A stretch of 64,000 bases of DNA from Octopus vulgaris (GCA_951406725.2 OX597824.1:71858001-71922000), one strand, 5' to 3'; counted from the first letter of the stretch, positions 14,460 to 27,689 are shown. The notes: generated from the letters alone by a model not told the origin. Translations and numbers: made by a program.

Positions 14460-15230
14460 GCCGTCTTGGCTCTTGGGCAAATCAGTGACGAATTGCTTCA
14501 GGTAGCCAGGCCTCATTCCAGGTCGAATAATGCACTTCTTGAGGCTTCCCCATAAACGTTCAATATTTTGCGTATGAATAGATGGGTTAAGGGGATTAAC
14601 AAAGTGTTCACTATGGTTAACCTGATAGTGTCTATAGCCCAGGTTGTTCAGGTTACTGTAGACACGCCAACAGTCGCTGTAGATTATTTGACCACTGCTT
14701 GATGTAATGGCTAATAAGTGGAATGAGAGTCTCAGCATCCCGTCTGTCGCCCTTGCCACATTCAGTTGACAGTGGAACGTTCCAGGCCACCAAAAAGCCA
14801 AATCGTTTTCACAATCTTGCCGCGTTTGTATTACCGACGGACCAGAACCGTTTCGTCAATTTCAACTCTCGATCCTCCTATCACCTTTTTATGGTTTTCT
14901 GTCCCAAACTGGCAGACCTCCGAACAGAAAGACCGCCAATCTACGGAGGTTTTTGCGGCAGAGTCCAAGGTTTTTCTTGACTGATTTGTGCGACCAAGCT
15001 GCGCTGAGGAAGTGGCTCACAAAAAGCAAAACCTTCCAAGGCGGAAGATGGCAGCGCAACGTGTTTGTTCCATCGCGCAAAATACACAGGGAATTGCAGG
15101 TGGGACAATCCCGAGTAAACGGCAGGACGCCGTGTTCGCGTAAAAATGCAATAGAGGCATCATCATTCCCGTGGAAACGCAGAATACCTTCATATACACT
15201 GACATTGCAGAGAGCTATGCTGTTGTAGCA
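14460..15230 (-). pseudogene. Merlin (ISXO2/IS1595-like) DDE transposase pseudogene
   Basis: TSVDWRSFCSEVC..VIGGSRVEIDETVLVRR*YKRGKIVKTIWLFGGLER, DRRDAETLIPLI and IYSDCWRVYSNLNNLGYRHYQVNHSEHFVNP..IHTQNIERLWGSLK, with stops and frameshifts. Confidence 0.9.
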
Positions 15231-15793
15231 AGTTTCCGAAAAGGAATACCTTTCAGGAGTGAGCCAGACTGAGCAATCTATTGGCTATTCAGCGCAATTT
15301 AAACACAAACTCAAGGGTGTAAATGTAATTTTTTTGCTAGACAAATGCGCAAAATATTTTTTTTATTTACGTTAATGAAATATTTTTTGTTATAAAATTT
15401 GTTTTTCTCTTTTTATTTTCGTTAATGAAAGATTTTTTTGTTGGAAGTTACGAGGCAACAAAGTCGGAGTGGGGGTATATATGCCGCATTATTTTCTTAA
15501 ACCTTTTCCCATTATTCAAATGTGTTTATGAGAAGAAAATATTAAACAAACAAGGAAGGTATCAGATGGTAATAAGATGTGCTAAAAACGACAGCTACAT
15601 CGCCCTTAACTTTTTTCCAAAATGAAACCATATTCAACACCTTATTTATGAATTTGTTTCTCTCACTGTAATACATGGGATCTTTTTAAAAACCTTTTTC
15701 TATTACTCAAACGAAAAATAAATGAATCTAAAAAATTTTATTTTCAAACGTTTTTCCATGGTACCCAAACACTTAAGTAGTACCACTCAAACT

Positions 15794-16082
15794 GGTACTA
15801 CTTAAGAAGAGTGGTCCCGGTGCGCGCACTCGCGTATCCGCGCTGGCTAGTCATGACTAGTCGATCCTACAACGACTACCTAGCAAAGTAAATTAAATAC
15901 AAAATAAATACATTTTTTACACAAAGTAAATAAAACACAAAGTAAATAATTTTTTTAAACAAAATAAAATAAAAAGTAAATAATTTTTTACACAAAGTAA
16001 ATAAAACACAAAGTAAAGATCGACTAGTCACGACTAGCTAGCGCGGATGCGCGCACCGGGACCACTCTTCTTAAGTAGAACA
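15794..16082. mobile_element. MITE with ~65-70 bp GC-rich TIRs (probably Merlin family)
   Basis: ggtactacttaagaagagtggtcccggtgcgcgca..tccgcgctggctagtcatgactagtcgatc versus gatcgactagtcacgactagctagcgcggatgcgcgcaccgggaccactcttcttaagtagaac; AT-rich internal acacaaagtaaa repeats. Confidence 0.8.
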
Positions 16083-16732
16083 AAAATTTACCGATAAGAT
16101 TACATGCCTGACACGGAAAAATAAACAACATGTAAATCACGCAGCAGTTGATAACCGGTACTATCTATAACCGGTGTTATATGGAACAAGTCCCGCCTAT
16201 TGTACACCGGCAAAGTATAAATAATGCAGGAGTTCTTCATATATTTTTAAAATTGGCGTCATACCTCGGATTTGTAGTAAAGTCAAAGCAGGAAGAGTAA
16301 ATTCATATTTTATAAAAAGTACTAATGATGAAAAATGAAGTTGTTTCCGAAAGGAGAAAAGGAAATTCTTATGTAAACTGTAAATAGACTTGACTTGGTT
16401 TAAGAAATTGAATTCAATGAGGTCTAATGCAGAAAGATCAACAACTCCATCTATCGTCACACACGCACATACATATATCACTATATATTTATAGTTAAAC
16501 GTTTATTTGCATTTGTTAACGTTTCGCACATTACAGTTAAAATATATGGTGAAATTTCAGTTAAGAGAAAGAGTCGCGAGTTTTCACCCTTGTCTCCTTG
16601 AAGTAAACGTATGTTAATAACGATGTTTAATATGATGATTAAATAGATGTAGAGTAGACTGTATTTCATTACTCTTATTTAGTAATGGTATATGTGTAGG
16701 TCTACCACTGGTAATACTGTATATTTTGCGAC

Positions 16733-17281
16733 ATGTTTCACCTCCGGGGGTACTGTCGACTCGCTTGCAGCCAAGTATTTTTCGGTTGCAGTACTCGTAC
16801 GCAAGCATTACCGCCCATTTGTTCTCTAGCGGAACTTCATCGTTTCAGATCGACGTCGCATTCCTTCGCTTTGCTGTCAGAAACTTCAAAACATAGTTCG
16901 AATTCTTTCTCAGTCTGTGACGTCCGGTACTCCAAAACACCAGACGCAGCCATATCTCTTACAAGGACGTTCAGAACGACCCCTGCCATGCAGGGTTTGA
17001 AACGATTGCTAGATGTCCCACTCTCAACTGTGTTACCATGCTGTAAATATAGTAGTAGCTTTTGTCAAGCACGGTCAAACTCAAAGTCACATTGGCGACC
17101 CGGTAGCTATTTAGGGCTCTTCTCTTCTTATACTAAGCATTCTGTGTATTCTTGCTGTGTACCCTTCTCAACTCACCCGCCACTATGTAAACCCCACACG
17201 AACACAGAGAGCAAAACATTTATATCATCCAACACAAATCGCACAGACAGAGACCAAAGATATCGTCTCACGAAAGACTTG
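16733..17281 (+). CDS. CRLS1: CRLS1 exon 1 (long N-terminal region, mitochondrial-presequence-like start)
   Basis: 183-codon ORF MFHLRGYCRLACS...RLTKDL, R/S-rich and acid-poor at the start. Ends TTG|gtaata at phase 0, matching exon 2. The start is inferred, not homology-confirmed. Confidence 0.75.
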
Positions 17282-18437
17282 GTAATATAACAGTTTTTAT
17301 ATTGTTTACTATGATATGGTACATTATTTTGTTACATGCATGTGTGTGTTTGTGTATGTTAGTAAATAATAATCGAGAGAAGTACTCAATACAAACACAG
17401 AGGGCAATGATTTATTTAGGTTGATCATGTGGTCTGTTACTGTTACTATGTAGTTTCTGCGGCGTGTTGACTTCCCTGAAGTGCGTGGCGCAGACATTCT
17501 AGATCACCGGTTTGTTTGAGAAGTGCCATGCACGAAACTCACCGTCCTTGAGTCACTTTGGTAGCATCTGCCGACTTAAAATAATATTTAAAAATGCATA
17601 TATTCATGTTCCCAACCACATGGTTCGGAGTTCAGTCATTGGAAAAACATTGGATTAGGGGATATAAAAATATTTACAGGATTTCTCATGCATATGATGC
17701 AGTGTTGTCTTTGATTTTTGGTCACAACTCAAGCCTGATTGAGCAGACCTGTGATCAGTGGCGTTCCAACCACGACCATTCTGTCTTTTCAAGGGCATCT
17801 GAGACTACATTATCTGAAGTGTTCTTCATTGTTTCAAGGCAGTAGGATTTGATCTAAGGAAAGTTTTGCTGCTATATCTAACAAGTCGATTGACAGTGTA
17901 CAAGCTCCTATTCTGACTCTATATAATTCCTTTGTGCCACTCACACAGGATCCACTTTCTATATACTATGCCATCACCCTCACCTCATCACTTAACCCTT
18001 CCAATTCATCTTATCTATAAATAGTTAGCTCCATTGGACCACTTGTGCCCAGTTCACTCTACCCTCGCCCCCTCCTGTACTGTCTCTCATCACTCCATGT
18101 CACTGTCTGCTAGCATATTTGTTCCTTTTCTCCAACACATACTGGGCCTCTGTTAAAAAAAAAAAAAAAAAAGCACCCAATATACGCTGTTAGCCAGAAA
18201 ATTGAGCCATGCTCTGCTATCTATTTTGGCATGGTTTTTACAGCTGGATACCCTTCCAAACACCAACAACAAACAGACATATTTAGGTATGTGGACACGA
18301 GTGAGTGTTTATTTCTGTGTGTCTTTTTACTGGCAACATTTGAGAGACAGTGATGTTGTGTTTACATTTCCCATTAACAGTATATCCTGCAGCTTGGTGG
18401 TCTTTTCCTCCAAGATATGTAAATAAAAATATCATAT

Positions 18438-18599
18438 GCAGGAGTGGCTGTGTGGTAAGTAGCTTGTTTACCAACCACATAATTCCGGGTTCAGTCCCAC
18501 TGTGTGGAACCTTGGGCAAGTGTCTTCTACTATAGCCTCGGGCCAACCAAAGCCTTGTGAGTGGATTTGGTAGACGGAAACTGAAAGAAGCTCGTCGTA

Positions 18600-18648
<49 letters not shown>

Positions 18649-18661
18649 CTATCTATATTTA

Positions 18662-18711
<50 letters not shown>

Positions 18712-18927
18712 CATGTGTGTGTGTCTGTGTTTGTCCCCCTAACATTGCTTGACAACCGATGCTAGTGTGTTTATGTTCCTGTTACTTAGCGGTTTGGCAA
18801 AAGAGGCTGATAGAATAAGTACTGGGCTTACAAAAGAATAAGTCCCGGGGTCGAGTTGCTCGATTAAAGGTGGTGCTCCAGCATGGCTGCAGTCAAATGA
18901 CTGAAACAAGTAAAAGAGAGTAAAGAG
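18438..18927 (+). mobile_element. tRNA-derived SINE with internal (TA)n
   Basis: A/B-box-like tggctgtgtggtaag..gggttcagtccc head and gtaaaagag tail. Further copies at 19144-19544(-), 39378-39812, 42877-43272, 49872-50290 and 50765-51265(-). Confidence 0.85.
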
Positions 18928-19143
18928 TATACTTCAAAAACAGATAAGGGTTGGTGACAGGAAATGCATCCAAGCATAGAATCTACCTCAATAAGTCTCA
19001 TCCAACCTTATGTCAATATAGCGAAAGCAGATGATGACAATAATGGCAGTAGTGATAAAGAAGAAGGTTTGTAAATGGATATGAATTTTTTTTTTAGCTG
19101 GATTTTGAAAATTTTTTTCAGTTTCATAGACTACCAGTCATAT

Positions 19144-19544
19144 ACTCTTTTACTCTTTTACTTGTTTCAGTCATTTGACTGCGGCCATGCTGGAGCACCG
19201 CCTTTTAATCGACCAACTCGACCCCGGGACTTATTCTTTTGTAAGCCCAGTGCTTATTCTATCGGTCTCTTTTGCCGAACCGCTAAGTAACGGGGACATA
19301 AACACACCAGCATCGGTTGTCAAGCAATGCTAGGGGACAAACACAAACACACACACGCATATATATATATATACATATATACGACGGGCTTCTTTCAGTT
19401 TCCATCTACCAAATCCACTCACAAGGCTTTGGTCGGCCCGAGGCTATAGTAGAAGACACATGCCCAAGGTGCCACACTGTGGGACTGAACCCGGAACCAT
19501 GTGGTTGGTAAACAAGCTACCTTCCACACAGCCACTCCTGCGCC
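19144..19544 (-). mobile_element. tRNA-derived SINE, inverted relative to 18438-18927
   Basis: Reverse complement of the same family, about 215 bp away. Confidence 0.85.
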
Positions 19545-19780
19545 TATGTTTATTTTTTCATGTAACTTTATCATTTTATCATAGCAAAGTGGTTGCTATG
19601 CTGAAACTAGCTCTATATTAGAAATACAGGCTCTGAGTGCAAACCTAAAAATGATGTTTTTACATGTAATATCATGGCATAGAAACATATATTATATTCC
19701 TACATATAGTAAACAAATGATATGTTAATTATGTCTTTTGTCCTTTACTTATTTCATTCATTAGACTGCAGCCATGCTGG

Positions 19781-20200
19781 AGGGAGGTGATTTTGCACTG
19801 GTGTCGCACCAAATTGTTGGTGTGACACCAGTGCAAAATCACCTCCCTCTGACAAGTCATCCTAATGAGACGTCCGCGTTGGCTGGGTCATGCCCTCCGT
19901 CGTCAACCAGGAGAATTCATCTACGAAGCAATTGCTCCAGCTCCCCTTCAAGGTTGGCGAAAGCGATGTGGTGGACAACGAAAAACCTGGCTGATGACAA
20001 TCAAGGGTGATCTGGATCCCAACCTAGGCCCCCATATCTACGGCGTTCGATGCTGGAATAAGGAGTGGCTGGAGATCACACGGTCATTATCCTCAAATAG
20101 CCAGGTCTGGTCAGCGTTTGTGAGAGATGCAGCATTGAGGATGAATGAAGCCAGCTCAACCCACCCCGGGTGAATGCTGTCTCAAGACAAGACAAGACAA
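19781..20200 (+). mobile_element. 5'-truncated RTE-type LINE 3' end inserted in a SINE
   Basis: RRPRWLGHALRR..GGQRKTW..WSAFVRDA..THPG*, (caaga)n tail, TSD ccatgctgg at 19772-19780 and 20201-20209. Confidence 0.85.
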
Positions 20201-20444
20201 CCATGCTGGGGCACTGCCTTAAAGAGTTTAGTTGAACAAATCCACACCAGTACTTACTTTTTGACCCTGGTACTTTATTCTGTTGGTCTCTTTTGCTGAA
20301 CCATGAAGTTACAGGGATGTAAACAAACCAACACTGGCTGTGAAGCAGTGGTGGGAGACAAACACAAAGATGCACACACACACGTCTTTTACTTTTTACT
20401 TGTTTCAGTCATTAGCCTGCAACCGTGCTGGGGCATCATCTTAA

Positions 20445-20666
20445 CCCTTTTGGTTACCAACCCGGCTGAAACCGGCTCTCATTCTTTAGTACAAATGTCT
20501 TGTTTTCATAAGTTTTGAATTAAAATCTTCCACCAAACCTTAATCACAATTTATGTTCCTAACACTAGCTGAATGATAACTAAGTTATTCTACTAAATTC
20601 TTTGTTATATTTAAAATAATTGAAAGGAACACAGAGCATCTCAAAATAAATACAGTAACGAAAGGG
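20445..20666. mobile_element. piggyBac-like MITE
   Basis: TTAA|ccctttt ... gaaaggg|TTAA, interrupting a SINE copy. Confidence 0.75.
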
Positions 20667-21364
20667 TTAAAGGTTTAGTCGAACAAATTGACACCAATAC
20701 CAATTTTTGGGGCCTGGTGCTTATTCTGTTGGTGACTTTTGCTGAACTGCTAAGTTATGAGGTTGTAAACACACCAACACCAGTTGTCAAGCAGAGGTGT
20801 GGGACAAAGAGACACAAAGACATGCACACATACATGCATATACACACATACAAAATGGGCTTCTTTCAATTTCAGCCCACCTTATCCATGCACAAGGCTT
20901 TACTGTCTTCTACTATAGCCCAAAGCTATAGTAGACTGTCTTCTACTATAGCCCAAAGCTATAGTAGAAGACACTTGCCCAAGGTGCTACGCAGTGGGAT
21001 TGAACCTGGAACAATGTGGTTGAAAAGCAAGCTTTTTACCACACAACCACACTTGCGCATATATACGATGGACTTCTTCCTGTTTCTGTCTACCAAATCC
21101 ACTCAATAAGGTTTGGTCGGCCTGGGGCTATAATAGAAGATACTTGCCCAAGGTGTTGAGCAGTAGGACTGAACCCAAGACCACATAGTTGGGAAACCAG
21201 CTTCTCACCCTCATAGCCATGCCTGTAGGAATATAACTGAAAGACTAACCAAATAATTAACCAGTTGAAATGCAGTGCAGAATGAAATTACACGAAATAT
21301 TTATGTGAATTAGGAAGAAATCTTAAAATATTTAATATACAAAATATGTTTATATGTATTTCAG

Positions 21365-21502
21365 AAAGAAGATATCCAGACCATCCCAAATTTGCTGACA
21401 TGTTGCCGAATGGGTGCTGCTCCCATTTTGAGTTATTTAGTTCTTCACAGTCACTTCTCTTGGGCACTTGGCCTTTTTGTCTGTGCTGGCATTACAGATT
21501 TG
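21365..21502 (+). CDS. CRLS1: CRLS1 exon 2
   Basis: tttcag|KEDIQTIPNLLTCCRMGAAPILSYLVLHSHFSWALGLFVCAGITDL|gtaaga. Confidence 0.95.
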
Positions 21503-22260
21503 GTAAGAATTCAGCACTACTGTGTGTTGTGCTATTGTTGTTGTTGTAATTTTATTATTATTGTTATTATTATTGTTATTATTATCATTATTCTATTGTT
21601 TGACTTTTGCTTTATATTTGTACAAGTTGGCTCCAAGTCTCACCCAGAGACCTCAAGAGACAACAGGTTAGAAGTTCATGTTGGTGTTATGCCTAGGGTG
21701 CCATATATTTGGTTTTGTACTTAGTGTTGTACTAGTGAATGTTTAAGAATTATTATTATTATTATTATTATTATGGTAGTGAGCTGGCAGAATCGTTAAC
21801 ATGCCAAGCAAAATGCTAAGTAGCATTTCGTCCATCTGCTTGTGGTTGGGCTATAAACAGTCAAGTTTGTTGAAATTTCCTGATAATGCATCTTAACCTT
21901 AAAACATGTAGCTGTTTCTAATTTTTGTAACAAATTTATTAAAATACCAAACTGGTTTTGACAGTTTTTTGCTTATCAGTGGTAAAGGAATATATTTCTT
22001 TTCTCCCCACCCCCACATATTTTAACATTTAAAGATTGGTAGTTCTGTGTTTTATTTCACATTTATATATTGCCTAATTATTGAATGATCACATATTCTT
22101 AGTTTGCATATCATCTAATTATTGCTCATTTATAGACTGTCTATTTGAGACATTTGCATATCTGTCTCACTATGTATATTGCCTTTTTATTTGGCCATTT
22201 GCATATTGTTTCTCTTTGTATATTGTCTATATATTGTTGTTCTCTCCATCTGTATTTCAG

Positions 22261-22390
22261 TTGGATGGTTATATTGCTCGCAACTTTGCCAACCAAAAGT
22301 CCATGCTTGGAACTGCATTGGATCCTTTGGCTGATAAAATACTGGTCAGCTTTTTGACAATTTCTCTTGCTGCTGTTGATCTCTTACCAA
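22261..22390 (+). CDS. CRLS1: CRLS1 exon 3 (catalytic CDP-alcohol phosphotransferase motif)
   Basis: tttcag|[43 protein letters not shown]+a|gtgagt. Confidence 0.97.
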
Positions 22391-23704
22391 GTGAGTATAA
22401 ATGTGTCCTTTTTTTTTTGTTTTTAACTCTCATTATGTGTGACCAATGATAGAAGAAAGTCTTTGTGTTAATGACTTTGTGTATGTGTGTTCTTGTTGCT
22501 CTATCATGCTTTCACATTCTTCAATATTATACTGCACTCAGTTGAGGGATTTTGTCTGGTAAGAACTTGATGATCACACTAGTGCTGGTGCCTTTAAAAA
22601 AACCCAGTGTACCCTTATTTCTTTATTGCCCACAAGGGAGCTAAACGTAGAGGGGACAAACAAGGACAAACAAAGGGATTAAGTCGATTGCATTGACCCC
22701 AGTGCGTAACTGGTACTTAATTTATCGACCCCGAAAGGATGAAAGGCAAAGTCGACCTTGGTGGAATTTGAACTCGGAATGTAATGGCAGACGAAATACC
22801 GCTAAGCATTTTGCCCGGCGTGCTAACGTTTCTGCCAGCTCACATAAGTGATTAACATTATGAAGAGCATCCAGCTGTAGGAACCATGCCAAAGCAAACA
22901 TTGGAGCCCAGAGCAGTCTTTAGGCTCTTTGTTTCCTGTCAAACCAACGAACCTATGCCAGTATGGAAAATGGGACATTAAATGATGATGATGATGGTTA
23001 TATATAAGGAGTGGGTGTGTGAGTGGATTTGGTAGACGGAAACTGAAAGAAGCCTGTCATATATATATATGTATATATATGTATGTGTGTGTATGTGTAT
23101 ATGTTTGTGTGTCTGTGTTTGTCTCCCTAACATCGCTTGACAACCGATGCTGGTGTGTTTACGTCCCTGTAACTTAGCAGTTCGGCAAAAGAGACCAATA
23201 GAATAACTACTAGGCTTACAAAGAATAAGTCCTGGGGTCAAGTAAAAGAGTGTATATATACAGACAGACAGAAAATGTAATTGGTATTTTTGGCTTTATA
23301 TAACACAAGATTCTTTGAGTTGATTGTCATTATTATGTAAACCGGTTAGCTCTATTATATAATTCAATCAACTCACTTTCTCGGCATTCTTCACTTCAGC
23401 ATATTAGCCTATCTAGAAATATGATGGTTGTCATATCTCTATTGAGCCTAAACTTTTTAATAACATGTTGCAACTTTCAGCACACTTTGAAAAGTATACA
23501 TACATACATACATACATACATACATACATACATACAAACTTTAAGAGTCCCTCCTAGTGTGTGGCATTTATGTGTAGTAGTGCCCTCTATATAATATAAA
23601 TAAATATATTTAAGTGAAAAAATTGGTGGATTTTTCCTCTTATGAAGTTTTTCATGCTGACTACTTGATAAATTCTTATAAAGATTTTATCCTATTTTTA
23701 AAAT

Positions 23705-23735
<31 letters not shown>

Positions 23736-23781
23736 CACATTGACATTATTGTTGTATGTATTATATTTGTTAACATTTCAG

Positions 23782-23867
23782 TTCCTCTTTTAATTGTGAT
23801 TGTTGGACGAGACATCGGTTTGATTGGTGTCAGCTTCTATATCCGCTACATCTCACTTCCACCACCG
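23782..23867 (+). CDS. CRLS1: CRLS1 exon 4
   Basis: tttcag|(I)PLLIVIVGRDIGLIGVSFYIRYISLPPP|gtcagt; GRD and RYxSLPPP motifs typical of CRLS1. Confidence 0.95.
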
Positions 23868-25046
23868 GTCAGTATCATATTCCAATGTTTCTTCATCTTC
23901 CTTTCTCTTCCACTTTTTTTCTCTTGTTCTGAATAAAATTGTGAATCAAGCAAGAATGGAAATCCAAAATAACAAAATTTCTTTTATTTTCACAAAATCT
24001 CTGATGTTGATATATTTTAAAGTTTCATAGCATGCTCCCTTTTCCCCTCCCTCTTTTATCTACCTTTATTCTTCTAAGTTTTCTTTACTTTTTGTTTCTG
24101 ATTTTCTTTGTCATTATTCTAAATCCTGCCAAAGATGACTTTGTGTGTCATCATTCTAGGATCCAGTAAAATACAATATCTATCTGTATGTGGAAAGAGA
24201 AAGAGATAGAGAGAGGTCAACTTGAATGACTGAACTCTACACTAAAAGTGGTGAGCATATGTCTATGTAAGAAATTATCATCATCATTTAATGTTTGGTC
24301 TCCATGCTGAGACAGGTTGGATGGTTTGACATGGTGCTGGATAGCAGCAAGCTGTCTGGACGCCAACTGTCTGTTGTGGCATGGTTTCTATGGCTAGATT
24401 TCCTTCCTAATGCTGTGCTGGAGAAAACCTGTCAAGCCAAGTGAAATTGTAGTCATGGCTGATGTTGGTGTCAGGTAACTGGCACCCATGCCAGTGGCAT
24501 GTAAAGAGCACTGTTCGAGCGTTGGGCCTCACAGAGGCAAAGTGACTGAGTTCCTTTTGAGGGTTGGGCCTCATGAAGGCAATGACCAAGACCTTTGGCA
24601 TTTTGTCACACTTGAAAAGAAGACCCATCAAGCTGAGCAAAATTGCAGTCACGGCAGATACCAGTGTCACCCATGCCAGTGGCACGTAAAAGCATCCATT
24701 ACACTCTCAGAGTGGTTGGCATTAGGAAGGGCATCCAGCTGTAGAAAACCATGTGTAATCAGACTGGAGTATAGTGCAGCCTTCCAGCTTACCAGCCCAG
24801 GTCAAACGGTCCAACTCATGCCAGCATGGACAATGGACGTTAAATGATGATGATGATAATGACACATCCAAACAGTTACTAAACAAGAGTCATAATATTT
24901 GGCTGTTGTAAAAAGACAGTAATAATAAACGCTATGTGTAAAACCATCCCATTTTAATTCTGGTCCCATGTAATATCACCATATCTCCACACCACTATGC
25001 CAATATGAACTGTTTCTGATTGAATCTTATGTGGTTGTTTCCCCAG

Positions 25047-25115
25047 AAAACACTCAAGCGGTATTTTGATGTAACATTTGCTACAGCACAGTTAAAACCA
25101 ACGCTGTTAAGCAAG
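25047..25115 (+). CDS. CRLS1: CRLS1 exon 5
   Basis: ccccag|KTLKRYFDVTFATAQLKPTLLSK|gtaagg. Confidence 0.95.
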
Positions 25116-25824
25116 GTAAGGAAATTGGTCTTATTGTTATGTTTTTCTTTGATTTGTTTATTCTTTTATTTATTTATTGTTTTTAGTCTTTGGAGCGCAG
25201 CCATGCTTGGGAAACAAGGTTTTGATCAGTTGGCGCTAGATCTCAGTCTAGCACTTCTTATTGTTACCGTTATGTAGTGAACACGCGAGTTGATATGAGT
25301 TGTGTCCCTTTATAGAGTTATGCCCCTTGCTTGCCCTTAAAATCCGCAATACTTTCACATCAATTTACATCACACACACACACACACGTGTGTATATTCC
25401 TTATCTTTTGCTTGTTTCAGTCGTTGGACTAGGGCAGTGTTAGGGCACCACATTAAATGTCTCAGCTAGTTTACCATCTGACATTCACAATATGCATCAA
25501 CACTCACACACACACATATATATATATATATATCACAAAAGCATGTCCAGGTTGTCTGTTGCTTGATAGACAAGGAGATTATTACCCCTACATGGAAGCA
25601 AGAGGGGGTAGTTGGTGACAGGAAGGGTATCTGGCCATAGAGATTTTACTCCATTGTACTCTGTATGACAGATGCAAGCATGGAAAAATAAATATTAAAA
25701 TGGTGGTAGGGGTGGAGGTGGTGGTGATCGTGGTGACTCCAAGTGATTATGGCTTGGGGAAGGGAACTTCTCTAATGTTGGCAATCCACCCACACCACAT
25801 TTTCTCCGCAGTTGACAATATTAA

Positions 25825-26286
25825 CCCTTTAGCAATTATACCGGCCATATCTAGCCAAAAGTATTATTTCTTTATTGCCCACAAGGGGCTAAACATAGTG
25901 GGGACAGACAAGGACAGACAAAGGGATTAAGTCAATTAGATTGATCGCAGTTCGTAACTGGTACTTAATTTATCGACTCCAAAAGGATGAAAGGCAAAGT
26001 CGACCTCGGTGGAATTTGAACTCAGAACGTAACGGCAGACGAGATACAGCTAAGCATTTCGTCCGGCGTGCTAATGTTTCTGCCAGCTCACTGCCAAAAG
26101 TATTCTGCCTGTTTTATGTTCAAACTGGCCAGATCTGGTCTCTCACACTAACCCTACAATATCGTTTTAAAAATTAACAGCTACCTCAAAAAAAAATCTC
26201 ATAGCTACAAGATAATGCATGATTAATTCAAAACAATGTAGATGAAGAAGCATTAATTTTGGCAGAATAATGCGAACACTAAAGGG
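25825..26286. mobile_element. piggyBac-like MITE carrying a nested SINE
   Basis: TTAA|ccctttag ... ctaaaggg|TTAA. A Nin-type SINE at 25866-26092(-) is flanked by the 12-bp TSD gccaaaagtatt (25854-25865, 26093-26104). Confidence 0.8.
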
Positions 26287-26400
26287 TTAAGGCTGTCCAA
26301 TAATAAGACAGTGACAGGAAAGCCTTCCAAACTAAACGATTCTGTTTCAAAATGCACTAAAGGACAGTTTATTGTATTGAAACTTATTGTATTATATTGC

Positions 26401-27689
26401 AGGGGCATATCTCTAATGTCAATTGCTGCAAAACTGTACAACAAACTGATCCTAAATCGTCTTGTCCTTTTTGTTGAACCTTTGCTCCGAAAGAACCAAA
26501 ATGGATTCAGACATGGGCGCTCAACGCTGAGCCAGATACTATGCCTGTGCAGACTTATTGAAGAATCAAAAGCATTTAATCGCGATCTTGCAATGGTATT
26601 TGTAGACTTTTCTAAAGCGTTCGATTCTGTAGATAGGTACAAGATATTTGAAATCCTTAAGCTCTATGGGATACCAGACAAAATTATTTCTGCCATCAAG
26701 GTCCTCTACACAGATACGTCTTCAACCATCTTAACCCCTGATGGAGAAACATCATCTTTCTCGATCGAGGCCGGAATACTGCAGGGAGACACACTCGCCC
26801 CATTTCTTTTCATCATTGTTGTTGATTATGTGCTACGTATGTCAGTTGATACCATCTCTGGCAAGGGCTTTGAAATAAAACCAAGAAGAAGTTCCAGACA
26901 CCCAGCTGAGTACTTGACAGACACTGACTTTGCTGACGACATTGCTCTTGTCAGTGATTCTCTCTCCAATGCCCAGTCTCTTTTACAATCTCTTGAACAA
27001 GCCTCAAATTGTATAGGTCTTTACCTCAATGAGACCAAAACTGAATACATAAACAAGTGCCTGTCCAACAGTGATTGCATCATCCACACTCTCAACAGTG
27101 CACCTTTAAATATGGTTTCTGATTATAAATATCTTGGGTCATACATATCATCATCTGGAAAAGACTTTCTAACTAGAAAGGGTATGGCCTGGTCAGCCTG
27201 TAATGACATGCATAAGATCTGGTCATCAAATCTAAGTAGAGACTTCAAACTTGAAATATTCAAAGCCACAGTCGAACCAATCCTACTATATGGCTCAGAA
27301 ACCTGGACGTTATCAAAGAAGCTTGAGAGGCGGTTGGATGGAACCTACACTCGCCTCCTTATGAGAGCTCAAAATCTCTCGTGGAGGCGCCATCCAACTA
27401 AAATGCAAATATATGGGAAATTACCACCTGTGTCATCCCTTGTGAAAGGTAGGAGAGTCCAGTTTGCTGGACATTGTTGTAGAGCTGAAAAAGAAGTAAT
27501 TTCTACTCTTCTCCTCTGGAAGCCATCTACTCGCAACACCAGAGGGCGCATTCTCTCCTACCCTGATGTAATCTCCAGGGATACAGGCATCCAGCAACAG
27601 GACCTCTGTAATGCTATGATGGACCGTGAAGTCTGGCGCAACATGGTAAATTCCATTGTCTCGACCACGGTCGAACAATGATGATGATG
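26401..27689 (+). mobile_element. 5'-truncated non-LTR retrotransposon (RTE-related) with uninterrupted RT ORF
   Basis: RGISL..QNGFR..FVDFSKAFDSV..GILQGDTLAPFLF..FADD..YKYLGS..LLYGSETW, stop at 27679-27681, (TGA)n tail, TSD attatattgc at 26391-26400 and 27690-27699. Confidence 0.93.

Noticed and set aside
14424-15230. Bacterial IS1595 contamination or HGT
   Set aside because: Merlin is the established eukaryotic relative; the copy is decayed and embedded in host repeats
26311-26400. N-terminus of the 456-aa RT ORF as a real start
   Set aside because: Lies outside or within the TSD; chance read-through from flanking DNA with a GTG start
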